From Lama guanicoe (lineage: Eukaryota): a stretch of DNA of 64,000 nt. Shown one piece after another: positions 25,561 through 39,904 of the stretch. Location of the stretch: the NCBI GenBank assembly GCA_013239625.1, contig MU054323.1:1798001-1862000 (forward strand), read 5' to 3'. A program made the translations under genes and the position numbers. The notes below the pieces were generated by a model. The model ran no database searches, was not told the origin of the DNA, and worked only from the letters and a program-made list of their open reading frames with translations. Position 1 is the stretch's first letter. Each line of letters begins with the position of its first letter.

Positions 25561-26269
25561 TTGAGAAATCTAGTGTTCTTCCTGTGACACCATGTTGCTG
25601 CAGTGAGCACGGTAAAGCAAAGCTGGAGGGAAGAAGAGAGACGCAGACCCAATACACTTGTGCTTAAGGGATTTGGAGGAAAGGAGCTTGTTGCAGAGTA
25701 GGGTTGGTCCAAGGGGACATTGTGGAGGGGTTGGCTTCATACAAGAACGTGTTTCTTTTTCTGTATATTTATGCAGTTCTGATTATCCTTAGACTACATC
25801 CTTCCAGTGATGATGTGTTCAAAAGTCAACTGAAATAATACATGAGGAGCTTTTTTCGGAAGAGCTTTGGGATCTGACTAACACAAAGGTGGAACGTTGT
25901 CAGGTCTCAGTAAATGTTGACGAGATGACAGGATAGAGAAATATGTCAAAAGCAGATGGGACACCTAGACCACCTATATCATGTTTATGGGTTGAACTTG
26001 CCATTAGCCTTGGTTTGGAACATTTGTAAAGCTTTTAAAATTGGAATCTTTCAAGATCTTTCTCATAATAGTTATTTATTCCAGGTTTGCTGTTCAGATC
26101 TAGGTCACAGCCCAGCTGCTCATGCTCGGCCCTGTTTCAGACCTTGCGGTCTCCTGAAGTGAGAGCTGCTTTCAGGCTGGAACTAATCCTACATGTTGCC
26201 TCACTGCTGAGACCTTGGTTGGCTACTGTATCCTCAGAGTTGGGGAGAATTTGGTTGATTATGGAAGTT

Positions 26270-26650
26270 CATTCACTTTTTTCATTTAATAAATGTACAG
26301 TGAGTGCCTACTATATACCTGGTGCTGTTCTGAGCTCAAGATGAGATGAGGACTCTCTTCCTGGGGAGCTCATACTCCAACGGGCAAAGATGGCTGATAA
26401 ACGAACCAACACAAATGCATGTGTTGATCAAAGATAAAGATAAACATCATGAAAACAGTCAAAAGGTGAGGTAGTGTCAGGGAATGTTCAAATGGAGGTG
26501 TCAGCAAAGGCCTCTTTGAGGAGCTGACATTTGAGCTGAGAGCTCAGTGATGAGAATGAGATACTCAGAAAGAAAGTGAAGGGGGACATGAACTCCAGGC
26601 AGAAAGCATGGCAAGTGCAAAGGCTCTGAGGTAGAAATGAGCCTGGGAGT
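26270..26650 (-). mobile_element. L2 3' relic
   Basis: 'ttcatttaataaatgtacagtgagtgcctactatatacctggtgctgttctgag...gacatttgagctgaga...gcaagtgcaaaggctctgagg'. Confidence 0.75.
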
Positions 26651-28034
26651 ATGTTATTGCTCCCATTTGAAATGGAGAAGCCACCACACAGAGAGGGACT
26701 CACTCCCAGTCATAGAGCTGTACAGCATAGATTAGAGCCAGGGTTTGAACCAGGATTGGCCCAATGTCCTCTACTCTTTCTACTTTGCTGGGCTATTTTA
26801 TCCATAAAATTATGGGATTTACAAAGTTTTAATTAATAAATTTATCTCAAGAGTGAAAAAGCCAAGACATTTCGGCACCAGCTTTCATTTATGCACACGG
26901 TTTTCCGGCCAGAGCTGGCTTGGCTTCTGTTGTGCAGCTCCTGCCTTCCTGGAGCAGGTCCTGCCTCCCACAGATGCTGCAGGCAGAGACGCTTGCTCAG
27001 GAAGCTGCTCCCGGTCCCTCAGGGCACTTGTAGGCAGGCCTCCTAGGGCGTTGCCTTCTCCCTGCCCGATGGGCCTCCCACCTGGGCTTCCCTTGGGCTC
27101 CAGATGCTGCAGAATCCACTTGGCAGCTGAGCTAGAGCAACCTGGACGTTGGAAGAGTTAACATTCCATGGGTGAACTTCTGTGGGGCCCATGAGCACAT
27201 TTTTCTCACTTCTTTTCCCTGCAGACACAATTCAGAGCTGCCATTGCTTTGGGATGTTGAACAGTCAGCTGGTAGAGGAGGCAGGACTCCTGCTTCATAA
27301 GGTATTTTCTTGTATTTTTTCCCTCTTTTTCTTTGCTGTGTGCCTGTCCCCCGTCTTCTGCTTCCTGGGACTGCTCTCTTCAATAGAGGTTTTGGTGCAG
27401 AAGCTGTTGCCTTGTCTAAGCCCACCATGTGCCTAGGACCCCTCTTCACTACACCTCTTAGCTTCCTTCCACGGTGCTCCTCTCACTCTGTTCCCCAGGC
27501 TGGTCCTTTTATCTAGGTGGACTAAGCAGCCGTGGATGGCTTGTCAGGCCCAACAAAACCCGTCCAGCTGAAATGTTACTCTGAATCCTGCGTTCTGGTC
27601 TCAACTGGCAGCTGGGAGTCTGTAGAGCTATTTACCAGAGGAGTTGAAACGTACCGGGTGATGAGACACACGAGGCAGTAACACCTGTGAACCAAGTAGC
27701 TGAACTTGAAAAAGCACTGCCTCTCATATGCCTGCTTCTGTCTTAGGGAAGTCCTGGGGACCCCAGCTGAAGGAGAGAGACCCTGCTTTCAAAGGGCTTT
27801 TGGTTTTGTGAGTGTCAGGCTTTGTTCTGGGCAGTCCTTTTTTTTTTCCAAGGCAGAAGGAATTATTTATTTATTTACCATTTTATATATTTCTAAAACT
27901 GTTTTCCCAAATAAGCGTAATTCAGAATTACCTTGTAACTGACTATGCTTCAATCAATCAATCGATAAAAACAAATAAGCAATAAACCCTAAAAAAATTA
28001 CCTTAGAAATTACATATTCTTTTATAAAAACTTC

Positions 28035-28187
28035 ATTTATTTATTTTTTTTATCGAGTTACAGTCAGTTTACAATGTTGTGTCAATTTATGGTGTACAGC
28101 ACCCTTTTCAGTCATACATGAATATACATATATTCATTTTCATATTATTTTTCCCTGTGAGCTACTACAAGATCTTGAATATATTCT
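28035..28187 (-). mobile_element. Very short L1 3' tail insertion
   Basis: T-tail then 'gagttacagtcagtttacaatgttgtgtcaatttatggtgtacagc...gagctactacaagatcttgaatatattc'. Same family as 40524-40835. Confidence 0.85.
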
Positions 28188-31023
28188 TAATTACTGTGCT
28201 CATAGGAACAGTAAAGCTGATTCCTGATATGATACTCTTAAGAGTGACTGAGCATTTTCCCACATAACCTGTTGGTGATTGTGACACCGGGAAACATCTC
28301 ATGGGGCCGCATAGTGATTGCTTGTTATTGCATCATCCTTCATGGTTGGAATTCCCTTTAAATTCTTCTCATTTTCAGTGACTGAGCAGTCTTACTGAAG
28401 CTTGGTCACTTGTTACGTGCTTTTCTATCCATCATTCACCGGACCCTGGAGACCAAGTTTGTATGGAGGGTTGGACCCATTCTACTGGTGGGAAAATTGA
28501 GGTTTGGTGAAATTACATGACCTCCTAGAGATCTCACATTGAGTTGGGTATGAACTTAGGGCTCCTGGCCCTAATTCCACAGATTTTCCCAACCCACATA
28601 GCTGACTCTTGACTATACACAACTACAAGGATGGCTTCCTTCACTTCAGACTTTGTCCTCTGGTCACTTATGTGTCACTCTGTGCTGCCCTGAGGCAACC
28701 AGAGAAGCACGGGGAGTTTGTATCAGCCACTTCCATCAGAAGTGGATGGCCCACAGCAGGAAGTGTTCCCTGGGGTCCTCACCAGTCCAGGTAGAAAGAA
28801 AACGGACATTGTGGTTATAATGTCAGAAATGCAAACCCAAGTGTTCAAAAATCTTCACACCTGAAAAATGCCTTTGCAAAGATCAAATTAAGTATTGGGT
28901 GCCCAGTTCCAAAACTAAAGCTAGCATTAATGCATGATTTCCTCTGGCAAAGGGTATGGGAATTCGAGTGCTTTAGAAAACATTCCAGAAGCCCCTGCAG
29001 GGTCATCTCATTTTAAAGAGGAGTGGGGGTGGGGCAGAAGCTTCTGAGCTCTTCCCTGAGGCCAATCCAGCAATTCACCTGTTCACTCACTAATGACATT
29101 GCCTCATCTTGAAAAGTGACCCCCAAGTTTAAAATATATATTTAACCAAATTTTTCATAGGATAACCAAATAAGATTTTAAAAAATTTGCAGGATAGAAA
29201 TTTAATCTCAGATACAAAAGCCAAAATAGTAACCAGATTCAGAGCTCCACGATATTAGAATATTGGGTTCAAGTAAAAATAAGGCACTGAATCACTTCAG
29301 CAAAGTTTACTCAGGGAGAAAATCCATTTATTTATAAAAAGCAAGTTAATTCACCAACCCAGGGAACTGCTGTTCCTTCCCACTTATGAAATCAGGGCTC
29401 CCTTATTAAGCCAGAGTACTCTTCCAGGACAATAATGAAGAATAATGCTGCTTTTTATTGCCTCTAGGGTATGTCTGTGCACAGATGGCCTTGAAAATAA
29501 AACAGTGTTTTGGAGTGAATTCAGTCTTTTTTTTCCCCCTAACCCAACTCTCGTGGATGGGAGCGACACCGTGTTCTGCAGCTCCCGAGGAGACTGTCAA
29601 GATAAATGGCACAAACCAGCCCCCCGCACACATCCTTTACATTTATACTGACAGCCGGTAAATACATGTTTATGCAAACTCCCCAGCTAGTTATGGATTG
29701 TGACAAGCTCTAGAAATAAATTCTAGACTGCACAGATTTTTAACTTCACTGCTGCTGAATCTTTCTGAGATACAGCCCTTGGCTCAGCTGATACACAAAG
29801 ATCTATGCAGCCTGAAGGCTAAAATTTGGCATCTTCTGTGGCCTAAGGCAGTCCCCTCTCCTCCAGCTTACACCTCCTTCCTCCGAAAGTGCGGACTGCA
29901 GTGGTGCTGAAGAATGTCACCGAAAAGCATCAGTTTTCTAAGCTGACTTTCATTGACTTCTAGAGGTTTTCATCCTGGAAACATCTGGAGTGTTAAGTGG
30001 AAGAGGTGGTGCTAAATTCCTTCAAATTCATTCCGGGGGAGATTGGTGAAACAGTTTTATGCCCATCACTTTCAAGTTCAGAAATCTTCCATGGCTTCTT
30101 ATATTCAAGAGATTGAAATCTCGGTCCTCTAACCTGGCAGCCAAATCTCCTTTCACCCAGAGTCATTCACACACCAGGTGTTTATGGAGGGCTTACTGCC
30201 GAAGCATGGCTCTGGGTCGTCAGTGGCCCTGGCCCCAGAGACCTGACATCTGTGGGAGACACACAGCTAAGGCTGTCACTGTAACGGGACTCAGAGTCCT
30301 GATGGAGAAGGGCTGTGAGAGCTTCTCAGCGAGGGTCCAGACCTGGTCTAGGGGGCCTGAAGAGCCAGGAGAAGGTTGGGGCTGAAGACCAAGGGCAAAG
30401 CGTTCTGGGGCCTAAGGAGCCGGGAGAAACGGGGCATCCGAGGTCATGCTGGGCTTGATGGAAAATTCAATGTGAAGAATTTGAGTCTTTATCAAAGGAG
30501 AATTTGGAAGCCACTGTGGGATTCCAAGCAGGGGAAAGATATGATTAATTTTGTATTTAGACACATTACTCCAGTTTCCATTTAGAATTGGTTTGGAGAT
30601 AGAGCATCGGGGGACAAGAGACCATTCAAGAGTCTATTGCGGTGGCCCAGAAGGAAGCAGAGGGGCATTCTGGGTGAAGATGATAATGCTGGAGATGGTG
30701 CGAAGTGGATAAAACTGTATAGTTGGAAGTTTAACTGAACCTGTATCTCTTTAATCTAATCGGCTGCTATAACCTTGCCCTCGCTTGTTTATTTAAATCG
30801 TATAATTTGTCTTCATAGGCCTTTATTAAGAAAAAAGAGAAGGAAGATGATGCTCACTTTGTCGCAGGAATGACCTCAATTTTAAGCATAAGATTTGGTT
30901 TCATTGCTTGAAGCCACTGGCCCTTCATTTCACTCTGGGTGAGGGAAGTAAACTGTCCTTTTTTCTGATCTCTTCAAGTCCCACTAGAAACTGACTTCCC
31001 CGCTGGAGAGGATGCTGGCCTGG

Positions 31024-31395
31024 TGTTATGGAGTGATTTGTCTTCCTCTAGAAATTGTTATGTTGAAGCTCCAACCCCCAATGTGACTATATATTTGGAG
31101 ATGGGGCCTATTGGGAGGTAACAAAGGCCGAGTAAGGTCACAAATGTGGGGCCTTAATCCAATAGGGCTGGTGTCCTCAGAATCTCTCTCCATGCATACA
31201 CAGAGGAGAGGCCATGCGAGGACAGAGCAAGAAGGCAGCCTACAAGTCAGGAAGAGGAGCTTCACCACAAAACAAATTCTCTGGCACCTTGATCTTGGAC
31301 TTCTAGACCCCAGAGCTCTGATGAAATAAATTCCTACTGTTTAAGCCCCCCAGGCTTTGATATCGTATTATGGCAGCCTGAACAGGCTACTAAAA
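31024..31395 (+). mobile_element. MLT1A-like solo LTR
   Basis: 'tgttatggag...cccaatgtgactatatttggagatggggcc...ggcaccttgatcttggacttctag...ttatggcagcctgaac'. Confidence 0.88.
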
Positions 31396-31825
31396 CTAAG
31401 TGGAGGAGAAAGGACTGCTGGCTAATTGCATTTGATTCTTTCACTGATTTTGAGCTGCCCAAACCACCTTTATGCAAGCTGACTCAAACCGTTTTAAGAA
31501 AAAATTTATGTGAGGAAATGTCAGTAATTCAGACCCCATTCATTCAGAATTTGGGCCAATTCACACAGGCTAGGTTAACATGACCCTTGAAAAGACGGCT
31601 TGATAGTTCTTGTAAAAGGAACAAATTAATACTGTACACAGGATTATATGAGCCAAGGAGACACTAGACAAACATCCCTAGCTTGGCTTTTTACTGGTTA
31701 CATGTCCTCGAATGTATATTTAATCTGGTAAGTCCTCAACATTCTCGTCTATATGTTGACTGATAGTATTAACCATACAGGGATCTGTACGGATTAAATG
31801 CATGTAACAAAACGTGCATTGTTTA

Positions 31826-31848
31826 GTGTGTGTGTGTGTGTGTGTGTG
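31826..31848. repeat. (GT)11 microsatellite
   Basis: Perfect GT run. Confidence 0.95.
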
Positions 31849-33349
31849 ATAAGCACCCAAGAGATGATAAAGTTGCTATTATTTGGAAGCGTTCCTACTT
31901 GTCAAAGCAACCAAAAGGACATTGGGAACTTATTATCTATTTCTTAAAGTTGGCATCTAAAAGATCTAAAAGACCAAATATATGTCATCATGAGTCTAAC
32001 TTTCTCATAGAGAACTGGGAAGTCATAACAAGACATTAAAGATTCTAGAACTGGGGCTTCAGGGCTTCTAGCCTTTTCCCAATCCTTCCTCATCAATACT
32101 GCTTGCAGTGTGCCTCTTAGTCCTCCAGCATGAGGATTTCCTTTGTGCTTAAGATTATTGCTATTCTTTCCCTTGTTCTGGGGCAGCTACCTAAGAGGCA
32201 GGGAGGGAATGAGACAGACTTTGGATACACGAGACCTTGAACACATTCTTATTCTTGTACTCATTAGTTTATCACATAATAGGCCAATGATAATACTTGT
32301 TAAATGAGGAATAAATGGGTGAATTAATGAATAAAAGAGTTGTCATAAGAATTAAGAGAGTTAAAAAACTAAAACTTTTAAAAAATGTTTGATACATAGT
32401 ATACACTCAGGAATGTCAGGTTTTTTTTCCTTTACTTTATTTCAATAAACATTCTTTGGGCCCCAAAAATGTGCAGACAGTGTGCAGGGTGCTGAATTTC
32501 TATAATGAGAATGGGAAGTCAGGACGATTAATTGATGTGACTTTCCCCAAGAACAGATAAAATGGTGATAAAGGAAGAGGAAGTTAATTATGTTAATCAA
32601 TTCAATAGTTGTCCTTTGCTGGCCTTTGGCATCAGATACAATGAATTGCTATTATTTTTGAGAAAGTTTGAGTTTGTCTGTGTTAAAATGTGTATTTCAC
32701 TCTTGACAAAACATCATTTCCCAGTTCTATGAAAATAAAACTAAAGGGCTTTCTTCAACATTGCCTAGTTCTTAAAAATACCATTTAGACAAATATTAAC
32801 TTTCCCTTTCATAATACATCACTGCTTCTGTTCCACTCGGGATAGAAGCTATGAGTGATTCAGAAGGAAATGTTTTCACTAATTTCATATTTATTTCTAT
32901 TGACTTTCTAAAATAGCAGTGCTGTCAGAACAACTCAAAATTCAATTTTCTACAACTGAGAAGAATATTGTACTTGCATTGATAGAATGAATGCAAATTA
33001 CTTTATCAAACATTTGTTGAGTACCTGATACATTCCAGGCTCTTAGCTAGGGTCTGTGGAAGACCCAAAGATAAGCAAGAAAATTCCCTCACTTACTAGA
33101 AACTCATAGTCCATTAAGACATAAAGATAAGGCCACAAATGTCTGCTCTACGAGAAAGGGTAAGTTCCCAAGAAATCTCATTATGTAGTGGGAGCCTCTC
33201 TGTGTACCATCACAAAGCAGAGCTAGAAAGATGACATCCAGGCAGGTTTTACAGGAAAAAAAAAAAAAAGCTTAATCACAGAGACAACTTTCTTAATAGG
33301 CAGATGGAGTGAATGATAAATTTAGCTTATCAATTTTCTTCCTAAAATC

Positions 33350-33850
33350 GTATCTACCAGTTAGGAGTTTGGGGTTGCAAGTGACAGAAAATCTAATACA
33401 AACTAGCTTAGGCAAAAGGAACAGTTAGCTTATGGCTAATGTAGATGAAAACTCCAGTGATGGCTCTGGCTCAGGCCCTGGTCTCAAAGGTGCAAGACTC
33501 TAACACCTGCTATGTTACCCAGTTCTCAGGGAGATTCTCCTTCTATGATCAGACGTTGGCTGCATCCAGCCAGGCCTTGAATCCTCCTATCTCCAGCTTC
33601 AAAGTAAATGAGGATCTATTCTCCAGAAACTCCAGGAAAGTAATCAGGAGCTCATATGGTCTGATTGTGTGTTTTAATCATCTCTAAACCAATCACTTTA
33701 TCAGGAGAATGCAGTATGCTGATTGGTTCTGGCCAATAACAACTTACCCTAGAGTTTGGAGTGGCTTCAACTCCAACTACACTACATAAGTTGGGAGTAG
33801 GCAAAACTCATGTACACTTTACCCAAAGAAGGGTAAAGGAGTTTAGATGG
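33350..33850 (-). mobile_element. Old MLT1 (J/K/L-like) LTR relic
   Basis: 'ttggggttgcaagtgacagaaaatctaatacaaactagcttaggcaaaagga' and 'aaccaatcact...tatgctgattgg'. Confidence 0.6.
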
Positions 33851-35339
33851 CAAAAAGTATATCTAACTAAGCAGATCAATTAATTAAAAATATATTACAA
33901 GTGATAATCAGAACAAAATAGTGATAATTGTTTTCCAAATTATTTTTGAGTTAAAGCATGACCGGTGTACTCTAATGCTGTTCTTCATCTTTGATTTTTG
34001 AAAATGGTGCATCTTCTCTGTATGTCAGTTTATTAGACATTTGCTGAGGCCTCGTGTAGCTGGAGCTGTGTTGGCTGTTAGGGGGCATAACAACATTGTC
34101 TCTACCCTTGACAGCTTGCCATCCCCTGAAATAAACAAAAAAGTCAGAATCAGAAAACTTCAGGGTTTCTGCTTTTACCTTTTTAAAGTGTTTCCAGACA
34201 ATTTGAATGTTATATTATTAGCAAATTGGGAAAAGAGACTCCATAAGCCAGTAAAGAAATTATTTTGATAGTAGACTGCATTAGCGGTCTCTGATATGTG
34301 AGCTCTTCAACATATCAAGACAGTATCTGTCTTTAATCCAGCTGCCAAAGTGATCCTCCTAAAATGTGGATATAAACAGGGAAGAAAGTCGGAATTTTAA
34401 GATTTTCTTTTCCAAGTTTTTAAATTTCTGTTTGGTCAAATCCAAATTCCTAAGTGTGGTTCTCAACTGTGGCCTCATTCTCCACCACTTCCTGTTCAAA
34501 CACTTGAAATTTCAGATCCAGTGAACTCCTCAGGTCTCATACATGCTTACCGTACCTTGCTGTTTCTTCTGTTCTATTTTCTATGCATCTCAACTTGCAG
34601 ATCATTGTCATCTCTTCTTTGCAGCCTTCCTGTAATTTTCCTGCAGATTTAGAAGTTCCCTTCTATGACCTTCCATAGCAGTCTATAAAACTTATGTCTC
34701 TGTTGAGCATTCATACTTTGCATTGTCGTGGATTTTTCTTTGCCCATCTCCCACACCTTGGGACTATGAGCATCTCGGGAAGAAGCAGTGTCTTATTTAT
34801 TTTTGATTCTCCAAGACTAGCTTAGTATCCGGCACACAAGCATTATTTGAGGGTTAAAGAAATGTGAACTGAGGATAGCCTGATGATTGTGGCATCAAAA
34901 GTCATTTCCAACTACTATTTTCCAGCAGAAATCTATTTTCTTAATCATTCATCTGGGAAATGTGTTTAAATGAATTTTTACCTACATAAGGTTATTTTCA
35001 AAGTCATTCAACCATTTAAAAAATAAGCTTGCTGGATTGTATATCAGAATCACTTTAAGAAGCAGAAGTACCAGGACAGAGAAGGAACAAAACAAACCCA
35101 GAAGAGCTTAAGAAGATCTGGGCTTCTGTTTTGCCTCCACAGCTAACACACTCTGTGACCTTTCTGTTAATCACTGAGCACCTCAGTCTTCTCATCTGTA
35201 TAATGGAACCTGAGAGGCTTATCTGAGATACAGCGTCTCAGCTCTGTATCCATAGGTAGACTCAAGGAAACTACAGGATGTAAGGAATTGTAAGATTGTC
35301 TTTTCCAACTTTCTTCCCAGATACAGAAATCCACTGATC

Positions 35340-36130
35340 AGCCTTCTCAGAAGGTGGCATCTGGCATCTGACTGAGCCCTCCAGGGGCAGGGCATTCATT
35401 TCTTGTAAGGCCCAACACTCCATTGCTGGTCAATCTTCCCCTTAGAAAGTTCTCCACATGGAGCTGAAATCTGCTTCCTCTTTGTGACTTTCCACACTGA
35501 TCTTGAACAGCCCTCTGGAGTCGAGAGACCAAGTCATTTCCACTTGTGCCCATGACAGCCCTTCAATCGCTGGGAGATAGCTGTCACAGCAACCCCCTCC
35601 CCCCAGCCCACTCCCCGGGCCTCGCCTTCCAATTAAACAGCCTAAGCTTCTTCAAGCATCCCTCAGAGGTCTCGGGTGCTGATCGCCTCACTATTGTGAC
35701 CACTGTCCTTAGAACATGCTTCACTGCACCTCTGGACGAGATCAAAATGCACATAAGTGTTTGATCCAAGCAGATCCAGGAAACCATGGCTCCCCTTGAG
35801 CTAGGCATTGCATTTCTTCCCTCAGTGCTTAATGGCTGGATAATTTTAGGTTTCTTCAGCCTCAGAATCCTGTTGGCTCAGGTTGCGCTTGTGGTCAGTC
35901 GATATTTGAAATATTTCATAATTTAAAATAAAAATACCTTTAAACATCCTCTGTCAATACGTACCTGTACTTGTCCTTAGGCAATTCATTTTTTAACCCC
36001 AACTGGAAGAGTCTACATTTATCTGTCTTGTTCTCGATCCTTAAATACCGCAGCCCTGCCGTGAATCAGTTTACAGAGTAGCGACCACAAACAATGATCA
36101 CAGGCTGAGATATTGAACCAGGATCAACTC
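35340..36130 (-). mobile_element. L3/CR1 LINE relic (ORF2 C-terminus)
   Basis: Minus-strand peptides KHVLRTVVTIVRRSAPETSEGCLKKLRLFNWKAR and GSRFQLHVENFL resemble the CR1 ORF2 C-terminal motifs (ERVQRRATKMI..YEERLRELGLFSLEKRR; RFRLDIRKNFL). Confidence 0.7.
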
Positions 36131-36910
36131 TGATGTTCCTATTTCCCCTGGACTCATCCACCTGGCTGGTTGACAACTGGCTCAAAAACCTACTCAGACT
36201 CTCTTCTTTGCCTGCTTCCTTTCTCCTCATAGCAATGTACTTACCACTCTTCAAAACCCTTCTTTTTCTGGATACCTGTGTCTACAAGTAAGAAATAACT
36301 CTCATAACCAGCCTCATCCTGCAAAACTGCTACTGCCCTAGGAAGCCCTTAGTCCCTCTTCATGGGAGGTACATACACTGTAGATTCTGGAACGTAGTAG
36401 CTGCTCAGTATATACTAATGAAAGGCTGGATTTAATGGGATGGTTCTATCAGAAAAAAGGAAGTGAATAGACATATGAGGCTAAAACCCTTAGAGCATCT
36501 AAAACATGTGAGAGTAATATGATTCCTAGTTCAGGGGAACTTGAGGAAGGAGGCTTAAGAGAAAAGATGAGCTGCTTAGAGTTAAGTAAGGATAACCCAT
36601 GACTAAGCTGATTTCACGGATGAAGCTGTTAATGTAAACGGTACAATAAGGGGTCATATTAAGAATTTTAGAAAGAAAAGAACCTTCTTTGATGTGGTCA
36701 GACTCCTTGATTTGAAATATCAAGCCCAGTGGGGTGAGAATAATGTTTGAGAAGGTGACATTTTTGGTTGGAAAATCTTGGGTGGAGTTCAGCTTCTCCT
36801 GACTCCACACCCCAGACTTTCCAGAGCTACTTAGGGTTGAACAGTTACACTCAGCTCCGTGATCAGACAGATCTGACTGTCTTAAAGTCTCCCCAACACC
36901 ACATGGTCGT

Positions 36911-37273
36911 TGCTATGGACATAATGTTTGTGTCCCCCGAAGTTCTTATATTGAATTCCTTGCCACCTATGTAATGGTGTTAGGAGGGGGAGCTTTTGGT
37001 GGGTAATGAGGTAATGAGTGTGGAACTCTCCGAAATGGGATCTGTGCCTTTATTAGAGACCCCAGAGAACTCTCTTTGCTCTCTACCACGTGAAGATTTA
37101 AGGAGAAGACGGCCATTAACAAACCAAGAAGAAGGCTCTCACCAGAACCCAACCATGCTGACACAGTGATCTTGGACTTCTACCCATCACAGCTGTTAGA
37201 AATAATTTCTATTGTTTATAAGCCACCCAATCTATGGTATCACTTGCTGTTACAGTCAGAGCAGACTGAAGTA
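36911..37273 (+). mobile_element. MLT1A-like solo LTR
   Basis: 'tgctatggac..aatgtttgtgtcccccgaag...ctcaccagaacccaaccatgctgacac..gatcttggacttc...gtttataagccacccaatctatggtat'. Confidence 0.88.
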
Positions 37274-38162
37274 TTTGTGTTCCACATAAAGCTTATCAGC
37301 AGGCATTTTGGGTTTGAGTGGCCCACCCTACTCATTAATGGTGTAACTCTTGGAGAATGCTGAGGACTCTTGTCCCCAAGGCTGCCATACTCCCACTTGC
37401 ATTAACTATCAGTGGGATAAGCCAGTCAAACCTAGAATTAGAAAAGAATGACATTTCTAGTTCCTTATCGCCTTTCTTTCCCCACAAGGATTTGCCCGGT
37501 GCTCACAAAAGCTCAGAGACTGTACTTGGCCCTGGGACAATCAGGAGGAATTAAATAGAAGCTCAGAATAATTTTAATGCATGGTAAATACGGTTGCAGA
37601 ATTACATGGCAAGTAGCAGACTGAGAGCATCCATCTGGTCAAAGATGGTGGGAGAGGCACAGCTGGAGGCAGGAGTCATGCGAGAAGAGTTTCAAATTGT
37701 GAGCACGAACATGATTAACAGATATAGGTAGCCATATAGCAGTGCTCCAAATGCTGTACCCACATTACTTGTAGAATGTACTGTCACTAAGTATGCTATT
37801 TCTCAAAAGCATCTCACTCCTGGGCATCGAAACAAATATGTGGTTCTTGAATATAATGTATCCCAAAGAATTATTTCATATCTTGACAGCAACAAAAAAG
37901 GAATAATTCTCTGCTTTAAAGAATGAGTTGAAGATGATATAGTGACAGAAAGATTTTTAAAACTCCACCCAAATGGATAAAAACTCCACCAAAAAATGTA
38001 TTTAGATAGCAAAAGCATTAAGGGGCAAAGTTGTCAAATATTAAATGATGCCCAGAGAAGAACATATTTGCCATATTTCTTGAAATTTGAAAATATAACT
38101 TCATATGCTTTATGGAGCTTAAACTATTTTAAATAAAATGAAATTTTATTTAAATGAAATTA

Positions 38163-38605
38163 TCTCCTTTTCATACTCTTTTCCACTATAGGTTACTGCA
38201 AGATATTGAATATATTTCTCTGTGCTGTACAGTGGAAACTTGTTTATATGTAATGTTAGTATCTGCAAATCTCAAAATCCCAATTCAATCCTTCGCACCC
38301 CCTTTCCCTCCTGGTAACCATAAGTTTGCTTTGTATGCCTGTGAGTCTGTTTTGTAAATAAGTTCATTTGTGTCATTTTTTTTTTTTTAGATCCCACATA
38401 TAAGTGCTATCATATGGTCTTTTTCGTTCTCTTTCTGGCTTACTTCACTTAGATCTCCAGGTCCATCCATGTTGCTGCAAATAGCATTATTTTATTGTGT
38501 TTTATTTATGATTGACTGAAAAATTATGTTGTACACCAGAAATTGACACAAGATTTTAAACTGACTGTACTGATGTTATTGAGAAAAAAAGGCCAAAAAA
38601 AAAAA
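38163..38605 (+). mobile_element. 5'-inverted L1 3' fragment (inverted part 38163-38495, forward part 38508-38571, A-rich tail)
   Basis: A reverse-strand L1 3'UTR segment abuts a forward-strand terminal segment 'atgattgactgaaaaattatgttgtacaccagaaattgacac'. The two pieces are adjacent in intact copies. Confidence 0.8.
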
Positions 38606-39904
38606 GTTGATTATGATGAGTTTTTCCCCCAGTTTATTCACTGCTTTCGTGGAGGACAGGCTTTTGTCATTACCTACTCTGCCATTTTTCTTGCTACATT
38701 ATATTTCTTAAAACTTTTTTTAAATTAATTTTTTGTGAAATAACTGTACCTTCACAAACAGTTATAATAAATTATTAACAAAAATGAAATATCTCTAGGC
38801 TAGAAATTATATAGTTGTGGTCTGCTTTTATTTTCTTAGGACTGCATCCTTTGTTTCTGCTGTCTCTCTGACTCTCTCTTGTTTCCCCCCCACCCCCTGC
38901 CCCTAAACTGACCAAATAACTTCCTCAAGGGCAGGATTTAAATTTTACAACATTTTAAAAGCAACATCGATTTAGCTTAATTCTGTCTGGTATAGCTTAA
39001 AAATATTGATTTGCTAAGACTTTAATGATAACGCTGCTGAAATATTTTTCGCAATGCAAGGAGATCACATTCTACATAGATTGGGCATGAGGCTAAATTT
39101 CATTGCTTTTGACAATTTTTATGCCCCAAAGACTCAAAGTCATTTGTCAAATAACCTCATATATCTTACTACAAAAATTCATCAGAAAAGTCTAGTTATT
39201 TTGGAATGGTTTAAAAACATGTAAAATCTTAAATATAATGTTAATAACATTTTCTTTAGATCTTTCACTGAGTATGTCTACTTTATTGCTTCATATAATT
39301 AAAAAAACCTTCAATAACAAATCTGAATATTCTCAGAAAAAGTCTAAGTGCTTTTTGAGGGGAAGCAAACAAAAATGAGACTTCAAATTGAAAAGAAATA
39401 GATTTGGTGAAAGTATTTATCCATATTAAATGAGTCATTGTTTCCATTTGGAGAAATAAATTGAGAAATACTTAAAATATTTTCTGGGAATTTCATGAAT
39501 TCTTGGTGTCTTATCAACATTCAGTTACTTACAGAGTTGTGCGTCCGACTCACTTTGGAAAGGCCTTGTAGGCTGTTTGCAGAGGTGGTCACAGTGTAAG
39601 CACGACTACCAGAGCTTGGCCCTGGATGTCCCAGTGGGGACCCGGGTTTGTCCTCACCACTTGTATAAACTAACCCACATGTGAGGTGGATTAGGAGTAA
39701 AATGGCCTTGCGAAGAAGGGTCTAGAAACTCAGGTTTTATTCCCAGTTCTGCACCAAACACCCTTCAGATGCTCCATCCTGGAGGACTCTGGAGGTGTCC
39801 TTCTGGTCTTTAATCCTTAGTCTTCTTAAAAATTCCCATTCCCATGTAAATCAAAACTACACTGAAGTATCACTTCATTTTCTTGACTTCATGTTTAATA
39901 TTCA

